64,000 nt of DNA from an uncultured Candidatus Rokubacteria bacterium (GCA_963754315.1 CAVWFS010000016.1:64001-128000), one strand, 5' to 3'; numbered from the stretch's first letter, positions 1 through 9,994 are shown. Numbers and translations: made by a program. The notes: generated from the letters alone by a model not told the origin.

Positions 1-1
1 C

Positions 2-856
2 AAGCCCTTGAGCGACCCGGACTTCGCGGCGATTCTGCTGGCGCTCGGACACCATGGCGTGCTGCGATTCCCCGATCAGCGGCTGGAGGCGACCGCCCTG
101 AGGGACTTCTCCCAGCGCTTCGGCCGAATCCAGGGCATGTTGAGCGGACGGCATCACGAACCGGGCGTTCCCGAGGTGGGCATTCTCTCGAACATCGTCG
201 AGAACGGCGAGGCAATCGGGCTCGCCGATGCCGGGCAAGACTGGCACACCGATATGTCCTACAACGAGACCATCGGGTTCTTGAACGTGCTCTACGCCGT
301 CAAGGTGCCCCGACGCGACGGCCAGGTGCTGGGAGCGACGGTGTTCGTCAACACCCAGGCGGCCTGGGAGGATCTCTCGCCCGAGATCAAAGGGCGGCTC
401 CAGCACGCGACCGCCACGCACGATTTCAACAAGTTCTGGGAGAACATGCGGCGGCGACCCGGCAGCGCCCGAGGGCCGCTGACCGAGGAGCAGCGCCGGA
501 AACGTCCGCCTTCGGTCCACCCTGTCTTCCTGACCCATCCCATCACAGGGCGGACTGTGCTCTATTGCAATCCTGGTTACGCCATCCGCATCAACGAGCT
601 CGACGAAGTCGAGAGCGACCGGATGCTGGCGACATTGTTCGCGCACCAGCTCCAGCCGAAGTACCAGTACACGCACCGCTGGACCGAGGGGGACGTGCTG
701 GTGTGGGACCACATCGGCACGCTCCACAACGCCATCGCCGACTACCGGCCCGACGAGCACCGGCTGATGAAGCGCTGCCAAGTGATGGCGGACCGGATCT
801 TCGATCCCGCCTTCCTCCGATCCGCGCTGTCCGCGGCAGCCGTGCCCGCGGCCTGA
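2..856 (+). CDS. TauD/TfdA family Fe(II)/2-oxoglutarate dioxygenase (5' end outside window)
   Basis: DWHTDMSY (HxD), HPVFLTHPITGR, WDHIGTLHNA (distal His); the frame is open from position 2. Confidence 0.9.
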   Translation, partial: KPLSDPDFAAILLALGHHGVLRFPDQRLEATALRDFSQRFGRIQGMLSGRHHEPGVPEVGILSNIVENGEAIGLADAGQDWHTDMSYNETIGFLNVLYAVKVPRRDGQVLGATVFVNTQAAWEDLSPEIKGRLQHATATHDFNKFWENMRRRPGSARGPLTEEQRRKRPPSVHPVFLTHPITGRTVLYCNPGYAIRINELDEVESDRMLATLFAHQLQPKYQYTHRWTEGDVLVWDHIGTLHNAIADYRPDEHRLMKRCQVMADRIFDPAFLRSALSAAAVPAA

Positions 857-965
857 ACCCGCGCCCGGCTGGCGTTTCGTGCCGGTCCTCGAGCAGATCG
901 CGCGCTGAGGGCCCTCACGGGCCGAGCGACGGCAGATCACTTTCCGCCGGGTCCGGCCAGCCCCG

Positions 966-2024
966 CTAGGGCCGGAACACGGCGAACACCTTGTCGGAGT
1001 TCGTGATCCACGACTCCAGGAACACTGACTCGTCGGGCCGACGCCCCAGCTCGGCCATCGCTCCCGCCAAACAGAACCAGTTCAGCAGCTCGTGGTGGCC
1101 GCGGTCCTCCGCCTCCTCGATGACGGTGTTTCGCCACGTTGCCCAATCACCGTCGCGCAGGGCTTCGTAGTAGCGCCGGTCCGACGGGACGTCGGGGAAC
1201 ATCAGCGAGTTCTTGGCGACCAGGAACGAATGGCTCCAGCTTGACGACGCGATGACCGCCACCCGCCACGGGCTCTGCGTGAGTGCGCGGGCCACGGCGG
1301 CGCCCACCTGGAAACATCGCCACGGCTGCGGACCAGGTGGATCGAGGTCAGCCTGACCACCGAGCTTCGCCGCCTGCGACGGTGTCATCGGGGCCCCGTG
1401 AGCCCCGATCAGCCAGCGTCCGTAGGCATTGACGGTGAACGGGACTACAGGGTAGGGGAATCCCTTGCGGTCGATGTCGAGGTAGAGAACCGAGTTCACG
1501 AAGGCGTGACCGAGCGGCTGGTGCAGGGGCTTGTAGGCGTAGGCCATGTCAACCCCTTCGCCGAGGAGTGCTGAGACCAGGGCCTTGGCGCCCGCCCGGT
1601 GGCCGGCGATCGTGAATGTCTTGTCCGCGGGCTCATCCCACCAGTTCTCGCCGCGGGCATGCCCCTTCCAGGGCTGCACGTCGACCGAGTCGTACGCGAG
1701 CACCGAGAAGGGCGGTACGCAGTCCTCTCGATAGTTCTCGTACTGGTCGTCGCCCCAGAGCAAGACGAAGTCGGGCTGAAACGCATCCAGCTCGGCGCGG
1801 GCCTTTCGGAAGTGGTGGATCAGGTCATTGCGGTGCTTCTGGGAGTGGTTCCACCCCTCGTCGGTGCTCCACTGCTCCCGCATGGTGGGATGCCAGTTCT
1901 CGGGTGAGCGCAGGCGCTCGGGGAGCAGCGGGTCGGCCAGGAGCAGCTTGATGCGGCTCGACATGTTGCCCTTGTACGACATCGGCGGGTAGTGGGTGAT
2001 GCCGAGTCCCAGGATCTGACCCAT
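966..2024 (-). CDS. LigB-like (class III) extradiol ring-cleavage dioxygenase
   Basis: N-terminal GLGITHYPP, WGDDQYEN, LGHAF, IASSSWSH, HELLNW; SD AGGAGG upstream. Confidence 0.75.
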   Translation of the reverse strand: MGQILGLGITHYPPMSYKGNMSSRIKLLLADPLLPERLRSPENWHPTMREQWSTDEGWNHSQKHRNDLIHHFRKARAELDAFQPDFVLLWGDDQYENYREDCVPPFSVLAYDSVDVQPWKGHARGENWWDEPADKTFTIAGHRAGAKALVSALLGEGVDMAYAYKPLHQPLGHAFVNSVLYLDIDRKGFPYPVVPFTVNAYGRWLIGAHGAPMTPSQAAKLGGQADLDPPGPQPWRCFQVGAAVARALTQSPWRVAVIASSSWSHSFLVAKNSLMFPDVPSDRRYYEALRDGDWATWRNTVIEEAEDRGHHELLNWFCLAGAMAELGRRPDESVFLESWITNSDKVFAVFRP

Positions 2025-2049
2025 CGGTCCCTCCTTGCTGACGAACCGC

Positions 2050-3081
2050 CTACGGCACGCGAAGGACCAGCTTGCCGAAGAAGTCGCGTCCGCTCATGAC
2101 CTCGTGCGCTTTGGCAGCGTCGGCCAGCTCGAACGTCCGCCCCACGACGCCGCGCAGGCCACCGTAGTGCACCATGTGCATCATCGCCGCAAAGCTGCGG
2201 CGACTCCGCGCTCCGCTCCCCATCAAGGTCAAGGGCCGGCCCTGGAGAGTCGCGAGATTGAACGGGATCTGGCTCCCCGAGGTCGTCCCGGTGATGACCA
2301 GCCGGCCCCCGGGCTTGAGGCTGGCTAGACTCTCGTCCCACAGGGAAGCGCCGACACAGTCGAACACCACGTCCACGCCGCGCCCGTCGGTAAGCTCCTT
2401 GACCCGCTGGCTGAATTTCGGAGTGGTCGTGTAATTGATGACCTCATGAGCGCCGAGCGCCCGGGCCTTCTCCAGCTTCCAATCGCTCCCCGCTGTTGCG
2501 ATGACCCGGGCGCCGAGGCCCTTGGCCATCAAGAGCCCGAAACTCCCGACACCACTGCCGACGGCCTGGATCAGGATGTCTTCCCAGGGCTGAAGCTGCA
2601 CCCGCTCGATAAGGCAATGCCAGGCAGTGTGGCCAGCGAGCGGGAGGGTGGCCGCCTCTTCGAATCCCATCCAGTCGGGGATGCGTTGCAAGTTGGCGGC
2701 GGGAACCCTGCAGAACTGGGCGTGCCCGCCGTCGAGCTCTCCGCCAAGCCGCTTCTGAGCCTCGCAGAATTCGTCGCGCCCCTCCACACATGGCCGGCAG
2801 TTCCCGCATTTGACCCGGTTCTCCACCACGACCCGGTCACCCTCTTTCCATCCTGTGACTCCGGCTCCGAGCCGCGCCACTTCCCCCGCCATGTCGAGTC
2901 CCAGGATGCGTGGCAACCCGCCCGTCGGTGATCGGCCCGCGCGGATGCTGAGATCGGCGTGATTGAGCGCCGTGCCCTTGACGCGGACGACGACCTCACC
3001 CGGCCCCGCCTGCGGGTCAGGCCGGTCGCCAAAGAGGAGCTTCTCCGGCCCGCCAGGCTCGGATATGTAGACAGCTTTCAT
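2050..3081 (-). CDS. Zinc-binding MDR dehydrogenase / quinone oxidoreductase
   Basis: ILGLDMAG, structural Zn cluster CGNCRPC...C, AVGSGVG nucleotide-binding loop. Confidence 0.9.
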   Translation of the reverse strand: MKAVYISEPGGPEKLLFGDRPDPQAGPGEVVVRVKGTALNHADLSIRAGRSPTGGLPRILGLDMAGEVARLGAGVTGWKEGDRVVVENRVKCGNCRPCVEGRDEFCEAQKRLGGELDGGHAQFCRVPAANLQRIPDWMGFEEAATLPLAGHTAWHCLIERVQLQPWEDILIQAVGSGVGSFGLLMAKGLGARVIATAGSDWKLEKARALGAHEVINYTTTPKFSQRVKELTDGRGVDVVFDCVGASLWDESLASLKPGGRLVITGTTSGSQIPFNLATLQGRPLTLMGSGARSRRSFAAMMHMVHYGGLRGVVGRTFELADAAKAHEVMSGRDFFGKLVLRVP

Positions 3082-3233
3082 TCAGTCGGCCACTTTCCGT
3101 TCGAGATCCGCTCGCGTGGTGGATCGTGCGCCGCGCACGGAGCGCTCCGTGGGCAGCATCATCGGACAGGGGCGAAAGCCCGTCAAGCCGCAGGGTGAAC
3201 GACAGCGGTAGCGGGGCTGGGCTACACTCGGGC

Positions 3234-4283
3234 ATGGAATCTGTCCCCCTGCGGTCGGCGGCCTACGAGGCCGACGATGCGTTCGAGGCCAACGAGTTGT
3301 TCCAGGCCAACGGATGGACCGATGGATTGCCGATCGTCCCACCGACCGAGTCAGCCACGCGGCGCTTTCTGGAAGCGGCCGGGCTCTCGCCTGAAGACGT
3401 CATAGCCACCGAGCCTGTGCGTCGGCGCCGGATCACCGCCGAGAAGGTCGCGATCGCCGCGGTCATGGCCGGCTGCCGTCCGGAATACATGCCGGTGGTC
3501 ACGGCTCTCGTGCGCGCCATGTGCGAGCCCGCCTTCGCGCTGCACGGCTGTACGGCGAGCACAGGCGGCAGCGCGCCGTTCGTGGTGGTCAACGGTCCTA
3601 TTCGACGGACCCTTGGCATGCACGCCACCCACAACGCTCTTGGCAATGGCAGCCGTCCCAATGCCACGATCGGCCGGAGCTTGAGACTGCTCATCATCAA
3701 TGTCCTGGGTGGGATCCCGGGTCAGCTTGATCGCTCCACCCTCGGACATCCCGGCAAGTTCACGTTCTGCCTGGCCGAGGACGAGGAAGGCAGTCCCTGG
3801 CTTCCACTGGCGACCGAGCGCGGCGTGCCGGCTGGGAAGTCGGCCGTGACCCTGCTTGCTGCCCAGTCGCCCCACCAGGTGATGAACGAGTGGACCATGG
3901 ATCCCCGCGAGCTGCTCGAGACCTACGCGGCGGCCATTCGCCACAACATGCTGACCTACTCCATCTGGTCGGGGAACTACGCGATGGTGATGGCTCCCCA
4001 GCATCGCGACCCAATTGCCGCAGCCGGGTGGACCAAGCGCGATATCCGCGAGTACGTCTTCGAGCGCGCGCGCGTGACGCGCCGTGAGTGGCGGACAGTC
4101 GGCAAGGCGGCCGTGGCAGGCCGCAAGGATGAAGCGCGCGTCTACCCGGCGCTGCAATCGCCGGATGACCTGCTGGTCATCGCGGCCGGCGGGCCGGCCG
4201 GTGGGTTTGGTATGGTCATTCCGCCCTGGTACGGCTCGAAGTCCCTGGCCGTTACTCGTGCCATCGAGGAGAAGACGACGTGA
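3234..4283 (+). CDS. Conserved hypothetical protein (GWTDGLPIVPPT family), partner of UGSC selenoprotein
   Basis: GWTDGLPIVPPT, AVMAGC, RPNATIGR, STLGHPGK motifs; ATG 5 nt after TACACT; GTGA overlap with the next gene. Confidence 0.8.
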   Translation: MESVPLRSAAYEADDAFEANELFQANGWTDGLPIVPPTESATRRFLEAAGLSPEDVIATEPVRRRRITAEKVAIAAVMAGCRPEYMPVVTALVRAMCEPAFALHGCTASTGGSAPFVVVNGPIRRTLGMHATHNALGNGSRPNATIGRSLRLLIINVLGGIPGQLDRSTLGHPGKFTFCLAEDEEGSPWLPLATERGVPAGKSAVTLLAAQSPHQVMNEWTMDPRELLETYAAAIRHNMLTYSIWSGNYAMVMAPQHRDPIAAAGWTKRDIREYVFERARVTRREWRTVGKAAVAGRKDEARVYPALQSPDDLLVIAAGGPAGGFGMVIPPWYGSKSLAVTRAIEEKTT

Positions 4284-4813
4284 GCTTGAAAGTCCTCGAC
4301 CCACGCCTGGATCCTGAGGGAGAAGCCGTCCGACAAGCACCGGCGCTACGCGGTCTCCAGGGGACCACGATCGGTCTGCTCGACAACGCCAAGATCGGGA
4401 CGGGGGGCCTCTACGATCACCTGGAAAGAATTCTGCGCGAGCGCCATGGGGTGCGCGCATTCATCCGCCGGCGGAAACCGGACACCAGCCGCCCGGTGCC
4501 GGGCCCGATGCTGGGCGAGCTGTCGGCGGCTGACGCCATCGTCTCCGGCATCGGCGATTGAGGGAGCTGCTCGTCGTGCAGTCTGCACGACGCCCTGGCC
4601 GCTGAGCAGCGCGGGATTCCGGCGGTCGCTGTGATCACGGACCGCTTCGCGGAGAGCGTCCGCGGCATCGCAGCCGTCAACGGCCTGCCCGACTACCCCT
4701 TCGCGATCATCGCTCACCCCATTGCCGACAACGACGGCGAGGCGCTCCGCGTGAAAGCCGAGCAGGTAGCCGAGCAGCTCGTCCCCCTGCTGCTCCATCG
4801 CCCAGTGAGCTAG
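4280..4813 (+). CDS. UGSC-family selenoprotein (Sec at TGA 4559-4561), thioredoxin-like UxxC
   Basis: ORFs 4280..4561 and 4631..4813 share a frame separated only by TGA; read-through gives GIGD-U-GSCSSCSLHD...RGIPAVAVIT; hairpin immediately downstream. Confidence 0.88.
4572..4592 (+). promoter_or_regulatory. Bacterial SECIS-like hairpin
   Basis: CGTCGTGCA-GTC-TGCACGACG, a perfect 9-bp stem whose loop G lies 20 nt after the UGA. Confidence 0.8.
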
Positions 4814-4905
4814 CCGAGGCGCGGCGAGCGGAGGTCGGCTTGGGGAACTCCGGTCGGTGCCGTGATTCCGTCCAGCGGGGGCGCTGGCTTCGGCGAGAAA
4901 CACGC

Positions 4906-5235
4906 TCATTGACCGCACTCGAGTGCGAAGGCGAGCGCCGCGCACACGTCACGCATGCGCTCGGCCCCCAACTGCGCAACCCGACGACCCAGGCCATCCT
5001 TGGCAACCGTCACCACGTTGTGCAGGTTGACTGCGCACGGCTGCTTCATTCCATCTTCGGTCCCCAAGGCCACCTCGGACGGAACGCCACGGATCGTCGA
5101 GGTGATGGGGGCCACCGTGACTCGAGCCAGGTAGCCGAGCGCCGATCGGCGGGTCAGGATGAGGACCGGTCGCTCCTTGTCGGGTGGGCGGAACCGGAAG
5201 AGGCGGACCTCGCCTCGCTCTAGTCGTCCGGCCAC
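4906..5235 (-). CDS. mazF: Type II TA toxin, PemK/MazF family
   Basis: RGEV...KERPVLIL, VTVAPITS motif; lies downstream of and overlaps an RHH antitoxin. Confidence 0.88.
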   Translation of the reverse strand: MAGRLERGEVRLFRFRPPDKERPVLILTRRSALGYLARVTVAPITSTIRGVPSEVALGTEDGMKQPCAVNLHNVVTVAKDGLGRRVAQLGAERMRDVCAALAFALECGQ

Positions 5236-5453
5236 GCCGCGACCCTGTCCCAAACGCCAAACTCGGCCCTGGCGATCGGGTGTTGTGCGTAACCCTCACG
5301 GTCGCGCTGTTCCAGGTCGCGGATCCTGAGTCGGCTCAAGTGTTCGCGCAGCGCGTCCCGGATGAGCGCGGACCGATTCACTTTCAGTCGCCGGACAGCC
5401 CGATCCGTCGCCTGGAGCAAGGACTCTTCGAGCACCACCTGAATCGTCGTCAT
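5220..5453 (-). CDS. Ribbon-helix-helix (CopG-like) antitoxin
   Basis: MTTIQVVLEESLL...NRSALIRDAL, 77 aa, upstream of mazF. Confidence 0.85.
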   Translation of the reverse strand: MTTIQVVLEESLLQATDRAVRRLKVNRSALIRDALREHLSRLRIRDLEQRDREGYAQHPIARAEFGVWDRVAAWPDD

Positions 5454-5484
5454 ATGTGGATCGTACTCCACATGATCTTCCACA
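5454..5484 (-). promoter_or_regulatory. Promoter/operator of RHH-mazF operon
   Basis: -10-like TACGAT 6 nt before ATG, flanked by inverted repeat ATGTGGA/TCCACAT (5454-5473); a third TCCACA half-site at 5479-5484. Confidence 0.65.
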
Positions 5485-5624
5485 GTCCAGTTCCGGCCAG
5501 CAATGGGAGATCGAGGCCCTGGAACCTTCCGGGCGAGGCGGCGCTGAGCGTGGATCCAGAGTGGAGCCAACACCTCATGGAACCTTCATCGGCTGGTACT
5601 TGCTGCACGACCACTGACAGCGAA

Positions 5625-7385
5625 TCAGGCGCGGCCGGCCGACACCTCGTCGGCGGATGGGGCCAAACTCATCTCAGCCTCCGCCTTCTCGAGCCAGAAC
5701 CGCATGTCCATCTCGCGGTACATCGTCGTTGCGGTGGTGAGGTGTTCCTGGGCTTCCGCATGTCGATCGGTGCGCTGGTAGAGCGTGCTGAGGCCGAGGT
5801 GGCAGTGGGCGACGAGGGGGCGCATGCCACGCGGCTCGGCGAGCGCCAGCGCCTTGCGGTACTGCTGTCTCGCCGCGTCTCGGCATCGAACCGGTCGGGA
5901 TGGGTGGCGATGTCGCCGAGCAGATGTAGCGCATGGGCCGCGAACCCGGGCTGAGACTGATTGGCCTCGACCGCCCGGTTGCCCAGGTTCCGCGCCTCGT
6001 CGAGCCGGCCGAGCAGCAGGCAGGCGCGTCCCAGCGAGTGGTAGGTCCCGCGGCCGCCCGCACCGGGTCCCGTCGCGTAGAGGCGCTCGATGAGTTGCTC
6101 GCTTTCCCGGAGCCGGTTCAGCGCCTCGCTCGGACTCGCCCAGCTGCGCCAGGACCCAGGCGGAGTTCGCGAGAGCAGCAAGCAGGTTGGCGACGTTCGC
6201 CGTCCTGAGCACCGCGATCGCGTGCTCGATCAGTGAGCGCGCCCGCGCCGACTCGCGCCTTGTGAAGGTGGAGCGAGCCAGCGGAGCTGTACGCCAGACC
6301 GATGATGTGCGCATGCTGCGTCGCCTCTGCGAGCCTGATCATCTCGGCTTCGTACGGAGCCGCCTCGTCGAATCCGCCGAGATGAGCCAGGCTCAAGACC
6401 AGCCAGTGGCGATCGTAAACTGATGGCGGCGCCGCGTCCGAACAGATGCTCGTAGACCCAATCGGCAGGCAGGGCCGCGAGGTTCTCGGTGGCCAGCTCG
6501 ACCGCCCTGCGCGTACTCGCCCCGGAAGTAGTGCGCCTGCTCGAGAAAGCTCGTGGTGAGGATGCGAGTCTCAAGTCCCCAAGGCGCCCCGCGATCTCCA
6601 GCGCGCGGCCCCCGTAGGCAAGCGCTTCGTCCAGCTCGCCGAGTTGGGAGTGGATGTTCGCCATGAACGCGCAGACCCGGCCCCGCCGGCTGTCGTCGTT
6701 CAACCGCTCGGCGAGGGCCTCGGCCTCGCATAGGCGCGCCCGGGCCAACCGGATTTCACCGCACAAGCTCAGCACCGTTCGCAGCTCGAGGCGGATCTCG
6801 AAGGCCTGCTCCAGCGAGAACCGGCTCTCGGGCAGATGCGCCAACGCTGCCAGTGCGCGCTCGAAGCAGGCAAGCGCTTCCCGGTTGGCCGAGCGTTTAA
6901 CGGCTCTTGCTCCGGCCCAGCTGAGATGGACGACAGCCTGGTCCCAGACCTCGCCTTCAGAGTAATGCAGACCGAGCGCGAGATGATGCGGCGCCAGGTT
7001 CTCCGCGTGGAGTGTCGCCAGCGCCTCAGCCACACGGCGGTGTAGCACCTTGCGGCGGGGCGCGAGGATCCGGCTGTACGTCACCTCACGCACCCGATCG
7101 TGCGTGAAGTCAAGGCGCTCGCCCACGCTAGGAGCAGGCGACGGCGGGTCAGCTCCTCGACGGCCCGCGCCACCTCCTCCTCGCCAAGTCCGGAGAGGTT
7201 CTGGAGCAGAGCGAACTCGAAATCGCGCCCCACGACGGAGGCCTGCGTCACCAGCTCGCGGCTCTGCTCGCCGAGCCGATCGAGCTGGCGGCCAATGATG
7301 TCACTGACACGTTCAGGGAGGGGCAGCTCCTCGAGCCCCGGGGAGAGCGCGCGCTGGGTGGCAGCCCGAATCGCCTCGACCAGAC
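5625..7385 (-). pseudogene. AAA ATPase/TPR regulator (cyclase/SARP-associated type), C-terminal part, frameshifted and 5'-truncated
   Basis: FTHDRVREVTY, RSANREA, GMRPLVAHCHLGL, MDMRFWLEKAEAE spread over several frames; no P-loop N-terminus. Confidence 0.75.
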
Positions 7386-7389
7386 TTCG

Positions 7390-8430
7390 AGCTGAGGCTC
7401 CCGACGACCACCTGGAACGGGAAGTTCTACAACGCTGGCGGCGGAGGGTTTGCGGGCTTCATCAACTTCCCCGAGACCTCGAACGTCGCGCTGGCCCGCG
7501 GCTACGCGGTCATAGGGACGGACACCGGTCACGTCGGCGCGCCTCCAGCCCCGGGGCTGGACGGGTCGTGGGCGCTCGGCCGTCCCGACCGACAGCTCAA
7601 CTTTGGCCACCGCGCGATCCATGTGGTCACGCTGGCGGGCAAGCAGATCACGACTGCGGCCTACGGTCAGGCGCCCCAGTACTCATATTTCGAGGGGTGT
7701 TCCACCGGCGGCCGTCAGGCGGCGATGGAAGCGCAGCGCTATCCGACGACTTCCACGGCATCATCGCCGGCGCGCCCGCGCTCGACTATAGCGGGCTCAT
7801 GCTCGGTTTGAACTGGAACGCACAGGCGCTGCAGGGGACGCCGCTCCCCCGGGTAAGCTCACGGTCATCGCCAACGCGGTCCTCGCGCAGTGCGACGGCA
7901 AGGACGGCCTGCTCGACGGCATCGTCGAGAACCCGCGCCGGTGCAAGTTCGATCCCGCCGTGCTCGCGTGCCCAGGCGGTGTCGACGGGCCGAATTGCCT
8001 CACGTCGGCCCAGGTCGAGGCCGTGAGTCTGATCTACGGGGGGCCGGTGAATTCGGCCAGAGAGCAGCTCCACCTCGGGTTTCCGCCAGGCCACGAAGAT
8101 GGCCCAACCGGCTGGCAGCTGTGGATCTCCGGGCCCACCTTCTTCGGCGCGTCGTTTCGTTCATCATCCAGGACCACTTCTTCCGCTTCGTCGTCTTCTC
8201 CGATCCCGCCTACAACCCCCTGACATTCGACTTCGACACCGACATCTCCCAGGTCGCCGCGACCGCCGAGATCTTCGATGCTACTAGCCCTGACCTCTCG
8301 ACCTTCAAGGCGGCCGGCGGGAAGCTCCTCATGTGGCATGGCGTAGCCGATCCGGCCCTTACCTCCGACCGCACGATCCAGTACTACAACGACGTCACGA
8401 AGGCGATGGGCAATAAGAACAAGAGCAGAT
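7390..8430 (+). pseudogene. Tannase/feruloyl esterase family hydrolase, frameshifted and truncated at both ends
   Basis: WNGKFY..GGGGFAG, TDTGH, YFEGCSTGGRQ (catalytic Ser), GGKLLMWHG.ADP; the C-terminal catalytic His segment is absent. Confidence 0.85.
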
Positions 8431-8439
8431 CAGAAGAGT

Positions 8440-8795
8440 TTGGTCGGGTCCTGGATCGTCGACGGAACACCCGATCCGCCAGGGTCACCCCCGTTCAGGG
8501 CCCTCGTGACGTTCACCTCGGACGGTCAATCGGTCAACTCAGACCCCGAATTCGGGGGCGGGTCACGGGATCTGGAAGAAGATCGGCCCGCGGGAGGCCA
8601 AGAGCTAAGTTCGTCACCTTGATCCCGGTGGGCCACCCATTGGGGGAAGGGTCAATCACAGTGATCTCGACCGGGGCAGTCGATAAGGATGGGGACACGC
8701 CAACGGCAAACTTCACGACCGTGATCGACACGACCAACTTGCAGACGACCGTCACCGGGACGGCAGCGCTGACCCGGATCAAGTTCGGTCCGTAG
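8440..8795 (+). pseudogene. Fragment of a hypothetical beta-rich protein
   Basis: LVGSW...ALVTFTSDG...GHGIW..., across two frames, with no native start. Confidence 0.4.
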
Positions 8796-9006
8796 CGGAC
8801 GGAACGCGCCGCGTCGCCAGGTCGCCGACACCTTGGACCGGGCGCGGCGCGCAACGCCTTGGCATCGGCATGCTCGACCGCGGCACGAATGGGCTGGTTC
8901 GCAGATAACCGATGGCCGGTATCGCGCTGACACGATCTGGGACGGGCCGGAACACGGGGATCGCGATCTCGGCAATATGACCTTGAGCGCCCAAGATCGT
9001 CCGTGA

Positions 9007-9252
9007 TCAGCCCGCGTACCAGTACGTCCGGAGATGGTCTTCTGGAATGAATCGAGACGCTTGGCGCAGGATCGCGCGGCAGGTTCCTGTGTCCAGCTGG
9101 CGATGGGCAGGCACGGTGAGCGTCTGAGTTATGCTGTCGGGAAGGACCCGACGGAGCTTGACGTGACTGCCACGCTGGGAGTGGACCGTGAAGCCGAAAC
9201 GGCCGAGGATCGCGACAATCTCCGCGCCGGAGAGGCGCCGGAGACTAGGCAT
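9007..9252 (-). CDS. hicA: HicA family toxin
   Basis: GF...QRGSHVKL...TVPAH...GT.RAILRQA. Confidence 0.9.
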   Translation of the reverse strand: MPSLRRLSGAEIVAILGRFGFTVHSQRGSHVKLRRVLPDSITQTLTVPAHRQLDTGTCRAILRQASRFIPEDHLRTYWYAG

Positions 9253-9481
9253 TCGCCGGTGTCAGCTCCATCGTGACGATGATCGTGGGGTGAGGGGCAA
9301 GTCCCAGGGTGTTCAGGTCTTCGCCTTCAAGGTGAAGGCCGATGGCCTCCTGCAAGTTCCTAGTGACCTCGTCCAGCGTCGCCCCCTGCGTGACGACGGG
9401 GACCTCGAGACATTCGGCTACATATCCCGACTGCTCACCGGGGCGGATGACTGCCTTGATGGTACGTTGAAGCTTGTCCAT
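9245..9481 (-). CDS. hicB: HicB family antitoxin (short, no DNA-binding tail)
   Basis: GYVAEC...VVTQGATLDE...NLQEAIGLHLE. Confidence 0.88.
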   Translation of the reverse strand: MDKLQRTIKAVIRPGEQSGYVAECLEVPVVTQGATLDEVTRNLQEAIGLHLEGEDLNTLGLAPHPTIIVTMELTPANA

Positions 9482-9523
9482 AAGTGCGCGCGCGCACTCA
9501 GTATATAGAGGTGACCGAGTTGG

Positions 9524-9775
9524 CTACCGTGCCAGACTGCGGCGCGTCCGGCCCGGGCGTTTCTTCGAGGGCTTCCCGTCCCGGAACAACTGGTTCAGCA
9601 GCTCTTGTGAACGACGACGAACGAGTTCGCGGATTGTCCGGCGAAAGGTGTCGTCGGCGAGCGCGTCGCGGGCAATCTCTTCCGCGATCCGATCCACCGC
9701 GACGCTGACGCTACCCACGAGACTCTGTCCGACCCGCTCATCAACGATACGTTCGAGCATGGTGCGCCGAGCCAC
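9524..9775 (-). CDS. Small hypothetical protein
   Basis: 83-aa ORF preceded by extended -10 TGG-TAAACT 6 nt before GTG. Confidence 0.5.
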   Translation of the reverse strand: MARRTMLERIVDERVGQSLVGSVSVAVDRIAEEIARDALADDTFRRTIRELVRRRSQELLNQLFRDGKPSKKRPGRTRRSLAR

Positions 9776-9994
9776 GGGCGAAGTTTACCATGCGCCTCTC
9801 GTGAAGGTACCGAACGCGGCCGAGAGCGTCGGGATTCTCCAAAGCTTGATGAGGCGCGAGCCGCCGGGGGGTGGCGAGGGAGTGTGGAGAGGGCAGACGT
9901 GGTGGCGGGATCCTTGGGCAAATCGTGATTGCTGACACCAGGGCTCGGTGCGATAAGAACATCCGCGAGGCGAATCTCGGAGAAGGAGGCGACG

